This document shows, in pieces, positions 41,994 through 56,722 of a stretch of DNA of 64,000 nucleotides (the first letter of the stretch is position 1; the number at the start of each line of letters is the position of its first letter). Source of the DNA: Octopus sinensis (Eukaryota); NCBI RefSeq assembly GCF_006345805.1, contig NC_043015.1:744001-808000 (forward strand). Direction: 5' to 3'. Under the pieces are notes generated by a model. That model ran no database searches. It was not told the DNA's origin and saw only the letters and a list, made by a program, of their open reading frames with translations. A program made the position numbers and the translations under genes.

Positions 41994-42085
<92 letters not shown>

Positions 42086-42086
42086 A

Positions 42087-42141
<55 letters not shown>

Positions 42142-42145
42142 ATAT

Positions 42146-42182
<37 letters not shown>

Positions 42183-42647
42183 CTGTCTGTCTGTCTATCT
42201 ATCTATCGATCTATCTATCTATCGATCTATCGAGCACTTTGTAGAGAACACTCTCTCCTTGCGTCAGCTTGTGTATATACAGGGAAAGAGATAGAAGGAG
42301 AGAGAGGGGGAGGTGGGGTGAGAGAGAAATAGACAGATGTAAATATAATGATGCATGTATCTTTAAGCCATATACATTAAATATGAATAATCGATCAATA
42401 TTAGACAAAAAAAGAACAAAAATTTTCGAGTAGATTAAAGTTACATATTTTCAATCTGACGTCGAATATTTCTTTCATGTAAATGATTAATGAGAAATAC
42501 AGTAATCAAGAGGATTATAGATTAAAGGGAAACGGATACGTCTTCTGACCTGTCAATTTAGCAAAAGCTAATTACCGTGTATACATTAGTACAACCAGTT
42601 AGCGTGTTAGTCGAAATGTTTCTGCATTTAACTTGTTAGGTTTAGAT

Positions 42648-43045
42648 ATGGCTGTATGGTTAAGAAGCTACCTTCGTAAGCATATGGCTCCGGGTTCGGT
42701 GATGCTGCGAGGACCTTTCCGCTAATGTGAACTCGGTTACACACAAGCACACACGCACGCACCACACACACACACACACACCACACACACACACACACAC
42801 AACACACACACACACACACATACACACACTCACTCACTCTCCCGTATGAATGCGTATATATGTATGGAAGCAAATGTGTATATAGGCACAGACGTGTGTA
42901 TGTGGAAAGAAGCTTGCTTCATAATCACATGATTCCAGGTTCAGTCCCACTGCGTGGCATGTTGGGCATGTCTACTCTACTATAACCTCGAGCCGACTGA
43001 AGCCTTGTGTGTGGAATTGGTAGGCGGAAACTGGACGAATCCCAC
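42648..43045 (+). mobile_element. two degenerate family A SINE heads (42648-42722, 42895-43045)
   Basis: GGCTGTATGGTTAAGAAGCT... and GAAGCTTGCTTC..CACATGATTCCAGGTTCAGTCCCACTGCGTGGCA... Confidence 0.6.
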
Positions 43046-43362
43046 CGTGGTTACAAACGCACATACACAAATATATTCTATATTCTATCTGTCACCTTAT
43101 ATATATATATATACACTTACATGGAAATATATGCGACCCTGCCCTGTACTGTTTTCTCTCTCTCTCCTTTCGTTTCCGAGTGTTTGTGTGTGTCTGTGTG
43201 TGTTGGGGGTGGGGTGAATTTATGATGGGTTCTAATTAACACTACTCTAGTAGATCGACAAGAGACTAATCATAGGACTAAACAGTTTAAGGTGAAGCCA
43301 CAACATGGGCGCAATCAAATTGAAAGGATTGAATGCTTTTTTTTCATTATTTAAATTTCCAC

Positions 43363-43579
43363 AAGGTAGCGACCTGGCATAACCGTTAGCAAGCTGCTCA
43401 AAATACTTAGCGGAATTTCGTACGATTTTAATGATGCCAGTTCAAATTCCGCCAACGTTGACTTTCATTATTTCAAGCTCGGTAAAAAATGTACCAGTTG
43501 AGAACTGGGATCAATTTAATGGATTAGGCTCCTTTCCCCCAAAACAGCTGGCCTTGTGTCAAAATTTCAAACCAATATT
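43363..43579 (+). mobile_element. old family M-related SINE with a different tail
   Basis: Degenerate head GCGACCTGGCATAACCGTTAGC...CTTAGCGGAATTTCG...AGTTCAAATTCCGCC...GTACCAGTTGAG.ACTGGG; tail CCCCCAAAACAGCTGGCCTTGTGTCAAAATTT. Confidence 0.6.
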
Positions 43580-45309
43580 TTCATTGCGCTCTACTTGTCT
43601 ACTTCACTGTCTCAAACATAAGATCACTCATCCTGTTATATCCATCGATATGGCCGAATTCTCTGATGGAGTTAATCTACAAAGATTATTATGGATCACC
43701 GAGCCACCTGTAACAGTTGTTCAATTTTTAATACCTTTATTCCATCCCTTGGATTTCTACATCATTTGTGCTCTGTGTAATTTGGACCTTTTAAATATGC
43801 ATACATTAATTTATTTGATATACTTTCTGTCTAACACGCTTATCTCCACTTTTGCTTCTATACCATCTCAAGTATGAATCCTTGAGCAATATAAGTTTAT
43901 TCTATACGGAGAATATCTCTATCTATATGTCTGTCTATCTATCTATCTATCTATCTATCTCTCTCTCTCTCTATATATATATATATGCATTTCTCTGTAT
44001 ATGCGTTTATTTGAATATGAGGATGAAACATGTCAGATAGTAAAGTAGTTATCATCGCGAGAATGTGATTGTGCGTTCGATTCTCCAACACACCATCTTA
44101 TTAAGAATATACAGTCAGGCAGAGGTCAATACACAAGTAGATTTTACTTCATGCATATACACAAAGTATATATGCCAGTGTGTGTGTGTTTGTGAGTATG
44201 CATTCGTCTATTTGTATATATATATATATATATATATATGCATATATATATGCACACATACACACTCACATCTGCACAGACACACACATACACATATTCA
44301 CACACACATATATATGACTGTGTTTGTGTCTGTAAGCGCCTCGTTTCCTCTCTTCCTTCATGTTACACTAACACTATATACATATAGATTTACAATTTAT
44401 CATAGAAGAGGAATTCGAAAAAAATAAATAAATAAAAATTAGAAAATGAACTACTTGTCACAAACGGCACCATATCTTAAACCTCGGCAGATGAAGACGA
44501 AAATGTCTTGAGAAAAAAACAAGCTATTATCATGTAAAATTTCAAAGAAAGTACGTCTCTTTGCTTGTCTGTTATTTTTTTTCTGTTTTTAAGAATCTTA
44601 CGAGAAAAATATTTGAAAAATATTTAAAAATAAAATGACATGTCATTCTGGAAATTGTGAAGAGGGTGGAGATTCGACCAACACCAGACAATTACAGGTC
44701 AGGTGTCAATGGTTGCAAAGGTCACGTCATAACAATATCTTTTCTGTAATATTTGGGTGGGATTTCTGTTTTGATGTTTCGTTTTCCATGTTTAAGAAAT
44801 TTATTCTTTTATTTGTTTCTGTTGTTTTTGTATGTCTTGATTTACGAGTTATCTTTTCTGTGTCAGAAATGACAGATGCCATGCTGATGATAACTAGACA
44901 TAAATAAATATATAAGATAGAGAAAAAAAAAGATGATGGTGACATATCTTAAATTCGGATATCATCATCAGACTAATGATGATTGATTCTGTGGAATGTA
45001 GTCTAACAGAGATCAATAGCAACTGATAGACTGCACTAAATGCATGATGCTATTAACAATGATACTACCAATAACATTATGCTAAAAGATGAGAAACAGC
45101 AATATTTATGGTGATTTTGATAATGGTGGTGGTTAAAGATTTATCTGTAACGAGGCTAACGCAAATATAATACGTTGTATAGCATAAAAAACATGGAGTT
45201 CAGAAAAGTACAAATGTTATCCAAGTACACAGCATTGTACTAAATACAAAGTGCACAATACAATCACGTTTCTTCACACATATATACATATACACATATA
45301 CATATACAT

Positions 45310-45728
45310 TTAAAAAGACTTATTCTAAACACATGGTTCCGGGGCCAGTCCCAATGCGCAGTAACTTGGGCAAGTATCTCAGTCAAAAAGTGAGAGTTGA
45401 TTTGGCAGACGGAAACTGAATGAAACCCATCGTATATATATATGTGTATGTGTGTGTGTATAATCATATATATATATATGTATGAAAGTATGTGTGTTTG
45501 TATGTATTTATGTGTGTGTGTGTTTGTTTGTTTCCCCGCCGTTGCTTGACAACAAATGTTAGTGTGTTTACGTTCCCGTAACTTAGTGTATTTATAAAAT
45601 AGACCGATAGAATTATAGTGAGCTGACAATGAATAGGTCATGGTGTCAATTTGTTCGACTAAAGACGATTCTCCGGCATGGCCGCGATCAAAAGACTGAA
45701 ACAAGTAAAAGTAACAAAGAATAAAAAT
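45310..45728 (+). mobile_element. SINE family A, diverged
   Basis: Head, internal microsatellite and 3' module all recognisable. Confidence 0.7.
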
Positions 45729-46447
45729 ATGTTTTTGTATGTGTGTGCATATGTGTGTGCATATGTATGTGCATGTGTGTGTACATGTGTGCGTGCTTGT
45801 AACCGTAGAACACGTACCACCTATAAAACAAAGTACTCGAACCCACGAATGCGATGCTAGAGGTCAATGTACCACTTTGCTATCCAACTTACGAAAATAA
45901 TTTAATAAAGTTTACAGAAACAAGTTCAAAACCATAAGAGAAAATGGAAGGTTATGCCTCGGTGCCGGTCTTTGAGTTGATTGCTATTCACTTTATCGAT
46001 CCATGATGAAGAAACCTAATGCTGACCGGAAACTCGACCGAGGTTTGAACCCAAAACGTTAAAGGAAATAAATGAATGCTTATAAATATGTTTTCACAGC
46101 AATCTTCTAATTAGTGTACTTATGTGACCTTTACATGGTCAACAAAAATGCTGCTAGAAAGAATACAGGCAATATACATAATTGCTAAAATTAAACATGG
46201 TGATATTGAGATGAACACAATAGTGTATATATATATATGTATACTCACACACACATATATATATATGTATATATATATCTGTACGTATAAAGTGGTTTGT
46301 GCATATGCGACCAAATGTATATAGTTACATGCTCACACGTACAGACTCACACGTACAGGCATGTGTATTCATCAGACCAATATATTTATCAATGTTTGTC
46401 TTTGTATGTGTGCATGTTTGATATAAGTGTGTGTTTATACATACATA

Positions 46448-46490
<43 letters not shown>

Positions 46491-47097
46491 ATGTACACAT
46501 GTATTAACTATTTAAAATACATACATATGTATCACAGTATGAGTTTGTTAATCGGCGATTATACGAAAGACAAATAACTGGAAAATATTGAAAGTGGTTA
46601 TATATATATGAAACGAGAAAAAATAATATGAATAAAAACGAAGGATAGAAACTGGACAGTTATTGAACGGATTTCTCCAATAACTCGCTTCTCTCTTATT
46701 CCATCAAATATACTTATGCGTTGCCAATTCTCAATGTTAATCTTCGAAGATCACTTCTTGAAACAAACGCTTAATTTCCGGTAGTTAGCGCTACGAAAAA
46801 ATCTCATGAATACGCACACAATTATAAAGATATATAGATACACAGACATATGTGTATATGATGTGTGTTCTTGTGTTTGTTCGCGTGTGTGTTGTGTGTG
46901 TGTATTGGTGTATATGTGTGAGTGTGTGTGCTCGTACGTTGGTATATGAGTGTCTGTGATCGTGTAAATGTTGCAAGAAAGAGAAAAATTGCAATGTTTG
47001 CTGGAATATGATTTTCTCTCTTCTGAGGTATATATATATATATATATCCTCGCAATAATAACTATACTCACACACACACACACACACCACACACACT

Positions 47098-47162
<65 letters not shown>

Positions 47163-47368
47163 TTATATATTCATATGTATATATACACATATGGATGTAT
47201 ATATATATATATATGTGTGCCTGCGTGTTTATACGTATATGTATATGCATATATATATGTGTGTAGACCCACACATACACACACACGTTCACACAAACAC
47301 ACATATATATGTATACATACATGTATGTGTATATATATACATATATATTTAGAGAGATAGATAGATAC

Positions 47369-47399
<31 letters not shown>

Positions 47400-47416
47400 C
47401 ATATATATTATATATA

Positions 47417-47447
<31 letters not shown>

Positions 47448-49563
47448 AGATTGATAGATAGATAGATAGATACATACATACATACATACATACATACATA
47501 CATACATACATACATACATACATACATACATACATAGATAGGCTGATTCTGAGATAGCCAGGTAGATACATAGATGGAGAGACAGATAAATATATAGATT
47601 GATCATAATCAACACAACTGACTACTAAATTATATGACCAGTTTATTCTTAGATGCGAAATGATATTAATACATGGAAGACTGACAAAAGAAATATCTGT
47701 TGTAGTTTGGCAAGGAAATGTAAATTAGAACATAAACAAACTTGGTACTGTTTGCCAGGAAATATAACTCATACGTACAAGTAAATAAAGTGCACATCTT
47801 GGAATGATCTGTTTCAGACTTGGGTGAAAATCGATATGTGCGATCGGAAAATGAAAAGAAATAGTCAGATACAGAGTTCAGGGAATCTAGTCATAATTTG
47901 TTTTAGCTACGATCAATAAGACTGCGTGGATTGGGGGAAAGTGTGAATTTAACGATTTCAAGCAAGGACTCTTCGTCGGAGATGAAATAATCATATTGTT
48001 TTAGATACTCTCTGATATATTTTGAATATCGTTCCGAAAGCTGTTTTAGATTCTTATGCTTTCCTTGTTGACATGTGCGTACTTAATATTCAACCCACGT
48101 TATCGGTAAAATAAAATATAAATACTGGCTTCAGTAATGAAGCTCTTAATAAGTATTTTTTCTGCATGCATAATATTGAGAATGAGATTTTAGAGAAGCG
48201 TTAAATATCTCACTTGGATTGATATTTTTGTCGTATAATTCAAAGAGAAATGCGTTAATTTTATTACAGCATATGGCATTGCCGTTTCCTTAGCCATTTG
48301 GAAAAATGGATTTTTTATGCTACTGCATTGCAGCCTGCACAAAATTTGGCTGCTTGAGGGGACGCATAAAGTAGTGTGATTGAATATAGTATGACGAAAC
48401 AAAGTATGTATGCATGTATGTATGTATATAAGTATGTATATATGTATGCATGCATATATTTTTGAATGTATGCATATACGTATATATGTGCATATGTTTA
48501 TATGTATGTATGTGTATATGTATACAGGTATGTATGAATGTATGCATATATTCATGTATGAATGTATGTATTTATGTATGTGTATATGTATGCATGTATG
48601 TATATACGTATCAACTATTCACGTATTCATATATGTATGTATCTATGAATATATGTATATATGTATGTGTATATGTATAGAGCTATGTATGTATGGATGA
48701 CATTGTTCAGTTTTCTCACGCTTTCTTACCAACAGAGAAAGAGCCGGTTTCTAACCTAACTCCAAGGCTCCCTCATTGCAATGTCAACATCAACAACAGG
48801 GTAACTTTGTTTCAATGTATGTATATATGTACCTATGAATGTGTGTGTGTATGTATGAACGTATGGAAATATGCATGCATGTATATGTCTCTGCGTCTGT
48901 ATCAATTCCCGTGGTTATGTAAATGTATCGCCGAAACAAAATCATTGTTCACTACGGATTTTTGAAGTTTTTCGGAAAAGAGATCAAGTTACATTAACTA
49001 ACTAATTTACCCTTCAAGTTTTTCTTCAAGCCTAGTCGTAGAATAATCACTGAATCAAGTAATAGATTAGACAATATACAATGGAATAATTGTAGTTAGA
49101 GCTCAGCTAATTATAAAAGATTACGCATAAATAATGTTGTGGTGCTTTGCATTCTGAGATAAAATTCCGTCGGAGTAAACTTAGCTGCTAACCTTTGTGG
49201 AGTCAAGCCTTGTCTCTTTCACTTCTGGTTGGCTATGTTCTACTTTAAGGTTAATGTTTTAGACTTGCTACAATGTTCCTTTCGGACAAATAATTGTAGG
49301 GAACTTCAGCTACGGCATAACAATCGACACTCGTCTACCATACTACAAAATAACTATATACACGTGGCCATGGCTGTATGGGAAGCATTCTGTTTCACAA
49401 CAACATGGCTCCTGGCACAGTCCATTTTTCTGGCTGTTTGGGGAAATGTTTTGTATTATATCCTTTGGCCAACGCTTTTTGAGTAGATATGGTAGAGCAA
49501 AACTGAAATAACCCTCTCTCACTCTCCTTGTCTCTCTCTATATATGTGTGTATTTATGTATGC

Positions 49564-49608
<45 letters not shown>

Positions 49609-49734
49609 GTGTGTGTGTGTATGAGTATGTGTGTATGTATGTGTATGCATATACATATGTGTGTATAAAATCTATGTATATATCTATGTGTGTATTTGTC
49701 TTCAATAGCACTTACCAACTATTGCTGCCTTTTT

Positions 49735-50232
49735 TGCGGTCCCGTAAATCAGCCGTTCGGCTAAGAGGCAATTGGAATAATACACTAAAGGATGGGGGCG
49801 ATTTTTCGATAAAATTTTTCAAGGGATCTTCCAGCACTGGCACAGTACAATGACTAAAGCAAATGAAAGATAAAGATAATAGAAATGAAAGAATAAGATA
49901 AAATTTCAAAATGACCTTGGTGTCGCCATAGTGGGCAAACCAGCTGAGAAAAGTTTTATCAAAATTGATTCACAGAAACCCGAGAAATCCTAAATTAGCG
50001 TCATTCTGGGTGTATATATAACCATCTACGTGTGTGTGTGTGTGTGGTGTGTGTGTGTGTCTGTGGTTGTTCCCCGCCACCGCTTGACAACGATGATCGT
50101 ATATGCATATGACTGATAAAACCAGCATTATGCTTTAAAAATAGAACTGGGGTCGATTCGTTCGAATAAATTTCTTCAGGGCGTTGTTCCAGCAAGGCTG
50201 CAATCTAATTACTGAAACAAATAGAAAATAGA
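49735..50232 (+). mobile_element. two old 3'-module fragments related to family A (49735-49885, 50055-50232)
   Basis: GGGG(G/T)CGATT..TTCGA.TAAA...CCAGCA..GC..CAGT.(C/T)AAT(G/T)ACT.AA.CAAAT.(G/A)AAA.ATA. Confidence 0.5.
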
Positions 50233-50470
50233 GGAAGGATTGCTGCACTTAAAATCAGTAGAAAACGAGTAAATAATGAATAGATACAGACTCAAACTAA
50301 AAATCCTTTACGGGGATCATGTTAATTCTGACTATGAAACCGATAAACTGTAAACAAAAACGCATATATATATGATATGGAATTATTCACGCAGTAGGTG
50401 TGTGTAAATCGAATCGAGATCAATTTAGAGATTGACAAAAAAAAAAAATTAATAACACGTAATTTTCAAT

Positions 50471-50502
<32 letters not shown>

Positions 50503-51406
50503 GCTTTCATTCTTTCTGTGTTTTATTCCAATCGGAAGTGTGTAATCATAATAAACATGCAGAAAATTGTAAGACAGCAGTCACATATCGAGAATCTCTA
50601 GTGATAAGTAATTGAAATGAAAAATTTATTTTACCACCATGAGATATTATCTTAAGATCGGAGACAAAAAATCAAAAAAGGAAGCATAACGTAATTAAAG
50701 AAATAAGATAGCATAAAACTGCAAATAATAAATACGATAAAGAAGATTGTATTTCATTCAATTTCCGTTATTTAGTATATTTTTGTACCTAAACTTAACA
50801 CATGCTTAAAAGAAAATCTATGCTTTGATCTTTTTTATTTTTTGTCTTTAATGTATAATATAAATACAATTTAATTTTTAATTCTCTCCCTTACCAGTCA
50901 AACTAATTTTCACACTCTCTCAGTCACTGACACTCTCTTCTCTCTCTCTCCTCCTCTCTCACTCTCTCTCCTCCTCTCTCACTCTCTCTCACTCTCTGTT
51001 CTCTTCCCTAACATTCATTCTCAAACTCTATACTTCCCCCCGTTTCGGTTTTGCTCATATCGCTTCTCATTTCGGATTTTTTTTTAATCTTTAAAATTTC
51101 GTGGAATTAACTTAATTTTCTTCCATTTTCATCTGAAGATCGTGTTTCCATTGCGGTTACAATTCGATGACGAGGAAATATCACAGGAGTACACTGATAA
51201 ACACACATACACGCACACATAAATAATCCATGTGTGCGTGTCAATGTGTAGGATTATAAATACACACACACGCACACATACATACATACATACATACGTA
51301 CACACACACACATATATATATATATATACATATAATCAATGTCTCTTAACTTTTTTCGACAAGATTTATATGTAGGTGTACTACATACACGTACACACCC
51401 AAATGC

Positions 51407-51437
<31 letters not shown>

Positions 51438-51925
51438 AATAAGTTATGTGAGTGTTGTATACATTTATATATATGTATGAGTGACTGTATGTACACATGC
51501 ATACGTATGTACGTAGGAAAACTAGTCCTCTTTATACTTTAGCAGCCTGCATATTTGTGCATAAGTGTGTATATGTGTCTGTGATTGTACACTTTAGTGT
51601 ATGCAAACGCTCAAAATATAAATGTACATTCCAAGGTAGAGGGTTCACAGTGTACGTTTTATAATACACTTTAATATGCTAAACACCGTCTGTATCACAA
51701 ATTTAGTGATCTGATAAAGAAATATATCGATATATATAACATTTCCTTACCGTACCTGAATAGACAAATGATTTTTTTATCACCACCCTTTTCTTAGCAC
51801 ATGATTTTGTGTATGCGTACACAAACATACATTTTCACACGCTAACTCACTCGCACGCACAAATATATGCATACGCAAACACACACACACACTCAAACCC
51901 ACACGAGTGCACTCACACACATATC

Positions 51926-52310
51926 GTGGCACTCCGTCGGTTACGACGACGAGGGTTCCAGTTGATCCGATCTGACGAAACACCCTGCTCGTGAAATTAA
52001 CATGCAAGAGGCTGAGCACTCCACAGACACGTGTACCGTCAAAGTAGTTCTTGGGGGGAAAATCAGCGTGACACAGAGTGCGACAAGACTGGCCCTTTGA
52101 AATACAAGCACAATAGAAACAGGAAGAAAGAGTGAGAGAATGTTGAGATGAAAGAATACAGCAGGGTTCACCACCACCTCTTGCCGGAGCCTCGGGGAGA
52201 ATTAGGAGTGTTCGCTTAATAAACACTAACAACGCCGGGTCTGGGACTTGAAACGGCGATACTATGACCGCGAGTCCGCTGTCCTAACCACTGGACCATT
52301 ACGCCTCCAC
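51926..52310 (-). mobile_element. tRNA-derived SINE (family C)
   Basis: Minus-strand head GGAGGCGTAATGGTCCAGTGGTTAGGACAGCGGACTCGCGGTCATAG...GTTTCAAGTCCC. Tail ...GATCGGATCAACTGGAACCCTCGTCGTCGTAACCGACGGAGTGCCAC is shared with 56723-57047. Confidence 0.75.
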
Positions 52311-52768
52311 GCAAACACATATAGTTACATAACGTCTACCTTCTCAGGGCTCAAGTGTAGATATATATATATATATATATATAGGTGTGTGTGTGTGTGT
52401 GCAAATGGTTTTTACAATATGACTTCTGAATGATTTGAAAGATAGAATTTGGTTACATTCTTCTTTAGTATATATTTTATTTCTTTATTACCCACAACGT
52501 GCTAAACATTGAGGGGACAAACTAGTACTTATTTTATCGGTCGTTTTATGGGTATTACATACTGCTACAATTGTTTCAGGAGCAATTTTCACTTCGCCTT
52601 ACACAATAAAAAATATTATTTAGGTTTATAACTAGTTACATAACGTGTTAGGTATCAGGAATAAAGTAAACAGGCGGACAACGACTTGGTGATTAATAAA
52701 AAGATTATTAACGAGTCAAATTGAAAATGAGGAAACCACCATTCAAATTTGAACGCATATATGTATAT

Positions 52769-53012
52769 AGGTGCGGCGGTTTGGTTAGGAGCTTGCTTCC
52801 AAGTCACATGGTTCCGATTTCGGTCCTACGGCGTGGAACCTTCGGTAAGTGACTTCTACTGTAACCTCAGGTCGACCAAAGCCTTGTGAGCTGATTTGAA
52901 AGACGGAAACTGAAAGAAGCCTGGTTGTCAAGTGATGGTGAGGTTAAATAATAGACACAAAAATACACAACACACACACACACACACACATACATATATA
53001 TAATGTATAATA

Positions 53013-53068
<56 letters not shown>

Positions 53069-53275
53069 CATATATATGTATATAGATTTTTGTGTCTATT
53101 ATTTAACTCACCATCTCACTTGACAACCAGTGTTGTGTATTAAGTTCCCCGGAATTTAATGGTGTCGATAGGATACGTAGTAGGCTCACAAGGAAAAAGT
53201 GCTGGGGTCGACTTGGTCGACTAAAGGCGGTGCTCCAGCATAGCCGCACTGAAATTAGTGAGACAAGTAAAAGAG
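52769..53275 (+). mobile_element. SINE family A with an internal inverted duplication
   Basis: Head 52769-52920, inverted copy 52921-52963, (CA)/(TA) spacer, forward copy 53087-53130, then the 3' module. Confidence 0.8.
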
Positions 53276-53293
53276 CGTGTCTACGTGTTTGTG

Positions 53294-53342
<49 letters not shown>

Positions 53343-53756
53343 GTGTTTGAAAGTTATGTGTCTATGACTCTCAATCATATGACAATGGAATCAAAACTAT
53401 CGCGGAGAAGCAGTTGGTTCGCTTCAAACAGGTTTGGACAAAAGACGTGAAAAATAAAAGAAAACGTGAGTCGATCAATAAAGTATTTTAATCCTTGTAC
53501 CAGAAACACTTCGTCCCATATGAAAATTATCCAGTAATCTTCGTAAGATGACATATGTTCATCTATTTCTTTAACCATGTTACTTCGGCTGCTTAGGAAG
53601 CGATAATAATTTGAATTCACTGCATAAGTTTCAGAAATACATCTATGTATGTGCATGTCTGTGCTTGTGTGTGCGAGCACGTGATCGCTTATTTGTTTCG
53701 GTCGTTTGACTGCGGCCATGATGGAACACGGCCTTTACTCTAACAAATTGACCCTA

Positions 53757-54004
53757 CATTATTTATATTTGACGGATATTTGTTCTCATCCTTTTTGTTG
53801 TTAATAATATCAAAAACATCGAATAATAGCTTAGGAATGAGAACCCAGATTAGAAATTTCACCAAGATACCTAATGAAGGCTGGAGGGTATGTATATCAG
53901 TTGAAACGTTGTGCTTACAAGAATCAAGATGAGGTCAAATATACGTCAAATGTAAATAATTTAAATAATGAATTTAATTCCTCATCTCTTAGATATACAT
54001 CTGT
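53757..54004 (+). mobile_element. Penelope-like terminal fragment with inverted tail copy and degenerate hammerhead motif
   Basis: 12-bp direct repeat flanks (53745-53756, 54005-54016); 30-bp inverted repeat (53761-53790 vs 53928-53957, 4 mismatches); CTAATGA-stem II-GAAAC-GTT at 53871-53910. Confidence 0.6.
53866..53915 (+). ncRNA. minimal type-I hammerhead ribozyme-like motif, probably inactive (G5>A)
   Basis: GATAC-CTAATGA-AGGCTG...CAGTT-GAAAC-GTT-GTGCT; palindromic AACGTT stem III. Confidence 0.45.
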
Positions 54005-54061
54005 AAATTGACCCTAGGATTTAATCTTTGTAAGCCTAGTACAGACACAAACACACACACA

Positions 54062-54109
<48 letters not shown>

Positions 54110-54829
54110 GACGGTCTTCTTTGAGTTTCACTCACAAGTCTTTGGTTGGTCCGAGGTTATAGTTGAAAACACTTAACCAAGGTGCCAGACAGAGGGACTG
54201 AACCCGGAAACATGTGCCAGCGAAGCAAGCTTCTTACCACACTGCTACGCCTGCGCCAATGTATATCGTGTGCAAATATACGTGTTCATGTATGTGCGAT
54301 CGTGTGTGCGTCTTTATATCCTCGCATCTCCATCAGTTTCTGACGAAACTATGCCACTCGTGTGAATGAAGAACAATTATTTAAAAAAAGAATTCCAATT
54401 GATGCGATTATTGCCCCTATATATTTTAAAAACAAAAACAATACTTCTTCAATTTATGGAAATGCAATAGTATAAGTTAAGTGCGACATATTTGACACTT
54501 CCACATTCCGTTCTCTTCACATCACATCGATGGGGGGAAAAAATCATAAGACATTTAATGTGGTTGATTCCGTTGGAAAAATTAATGAGGTAAATATCTT
54601 ACGCTTCAATGCCTTAAAAATAAGTAATTGAATGTTCATGTGATCTGTGAAGCAGATTTGTTTATACGAAGACGGGTACACGCATAAACATATGAAACAC
54701 ACTCACGCAAATGCACACACACACACACACATACACACACACACACACATGCAAGCACATCTCCCAATTTCACTCTGTCTTTCGCTTTCTCTGTATATGT
54801 GTATTTGAAGAATATATATGCACTGTACA

Positions 54830-54867
<38 letters not shown>

Positions 54868-55713
54868 CCCATACTTGCATACATACGTCTATACCTACAT
54901 AGATACATACCCAATACACGCTTTCATGATATATATTTGCAAATATGTCCCTTCATTATTGTGTAGGACAAAAATTGTTTTCCCATTTCAAACTATACTT
55001 CAATATATATATATATATATATGTGTGTGTATATATATATATATTTATATCATATCATATATATACATACGTATATATGTATACAACCATCCACCCACCC
55101 ACGAACATTTTACACTCATGCATACATCAGTTGGAACATGTGCACATATTTATGCATAGCTGTGTATGTACTTTCTGCGGGTAAAACACAAAGATTGGCC
55201 TTTATATCCTCAAAAAGGCATAAACATCTAATCTGAAGGAGCAAATGTGTTTTCTTATTGTCATACTTGACATCGCTAATGTGTCACACGCTGATTTGCA
55301 TAATTGCTTTTCAAGCCTTCAGTAATTAATAGATTTCCGTATACATTGACATGTTTACGGAGGTTATCAGTACGTATATAATTGTGTAAGTATATATGTT
55401 AATGTGTAGGTATACCTGTAGGTATTTTCGTATGTGTAGCCACATACAAATATGTATATATTTATGTATGAGGATACACACACACGTACACACGTACACA
55501 CAAGTTATTCTTCTATGCGTGTGCTTAAGGAAAATATGGATGGATGCGACAGTTTGGTGATGTTTAATGCACATACCTACATACATGCATATATATAACA
55601 ATATATATAACAATATATATAACAATATCCGTATATAAGTATATATGTGTGTGAGTGTATATGTGTGTGAGTGTATATGTATGTGTGTGTGCGTTTGTGT
55701 GTCTGTATACATA

Positions 55714-55838
<125 letters not shown>

Positions 55839-56722
55839 CTATATATATATGTGTGGTGTGTGTGTGTGTTGTTTATATGTATATTTATATATTCACATAT
55901 ACATATGTGTGTATACACACACACACACATATATTATGTATGTATATATATATATGTATGTATATATATACATATATGTTTTTATATGTATATATGTATA
56001 TATATATATGTATCTATATACATATATATCTATATATGCACACACACACATATATATATACATATATATAATTTATATATTATTTATATACTTTATGCGC
56101 ATACATATCGCTTTCAATGAAATGCAGAGTTGTCAATTTTTACATGCCTCTGCATGTATTCAGGAATTTGATTAAAATATTCTAATTTAAGAAAATAGAA
56201 AAACAAATAGGATTCTTTTTCTCTACAAACGTGAGATTCTGGTAATTCAGAATCGGAATATAAACATACATATATCTATATTTTCGGTTTTGTATTTTCA
56301 TTTTACCCTTAATGTAGATAACACACTTTTGTAAATATTATGCAAATGTGTCTCTGTCTCCCTCCATCTTTCTCTCTGTATGTATGTATTTTTGACTGTA
56401 ATCGTATGTGTACATGACTGTGTGTGTATGTATACTACTTTTGTTTTCATCGTTAGAGATTTGTACTTCAAACTAAAATCTTCACATCTTTCTTGGTTGT
56501 TTGCAGAAGATATATATTTACGTTTAACCTTTAAGAAAAGTTATTACAGTTTGGTGTTGCAATATCGGAATCGAATGCATTGAATTATTTTCCAATTGTA
56601 ATTACGATTCGTACAAAGAAACACGGTCATAACACCGGAATCACTACATTGCTAATCATATCATCGTGGAGTTGATTTTTGTTCGAATCATACAAATCAC
56701 CAAAGACATGCAGGTTTTCTAT

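Larger units (their letters stand above)
53689..54257 (-). mobile_element. SINE family A interrupted by a 248-bp insertion
   Basis: 3' module 53689-53756 resumes at 54005 after the duplicated AAATTGACCCTA; head at ~54110-54257. Confidence 0.75.

Noticed and set aside
52200-52310. tRNA gene-like sequences (also 1066-1150, 28190-28279, 56723-56790)
   Set aside because: A/B boxes are present but the cloverleaf and acceptor stems are degenerate, and each continues into SINE body sequence.
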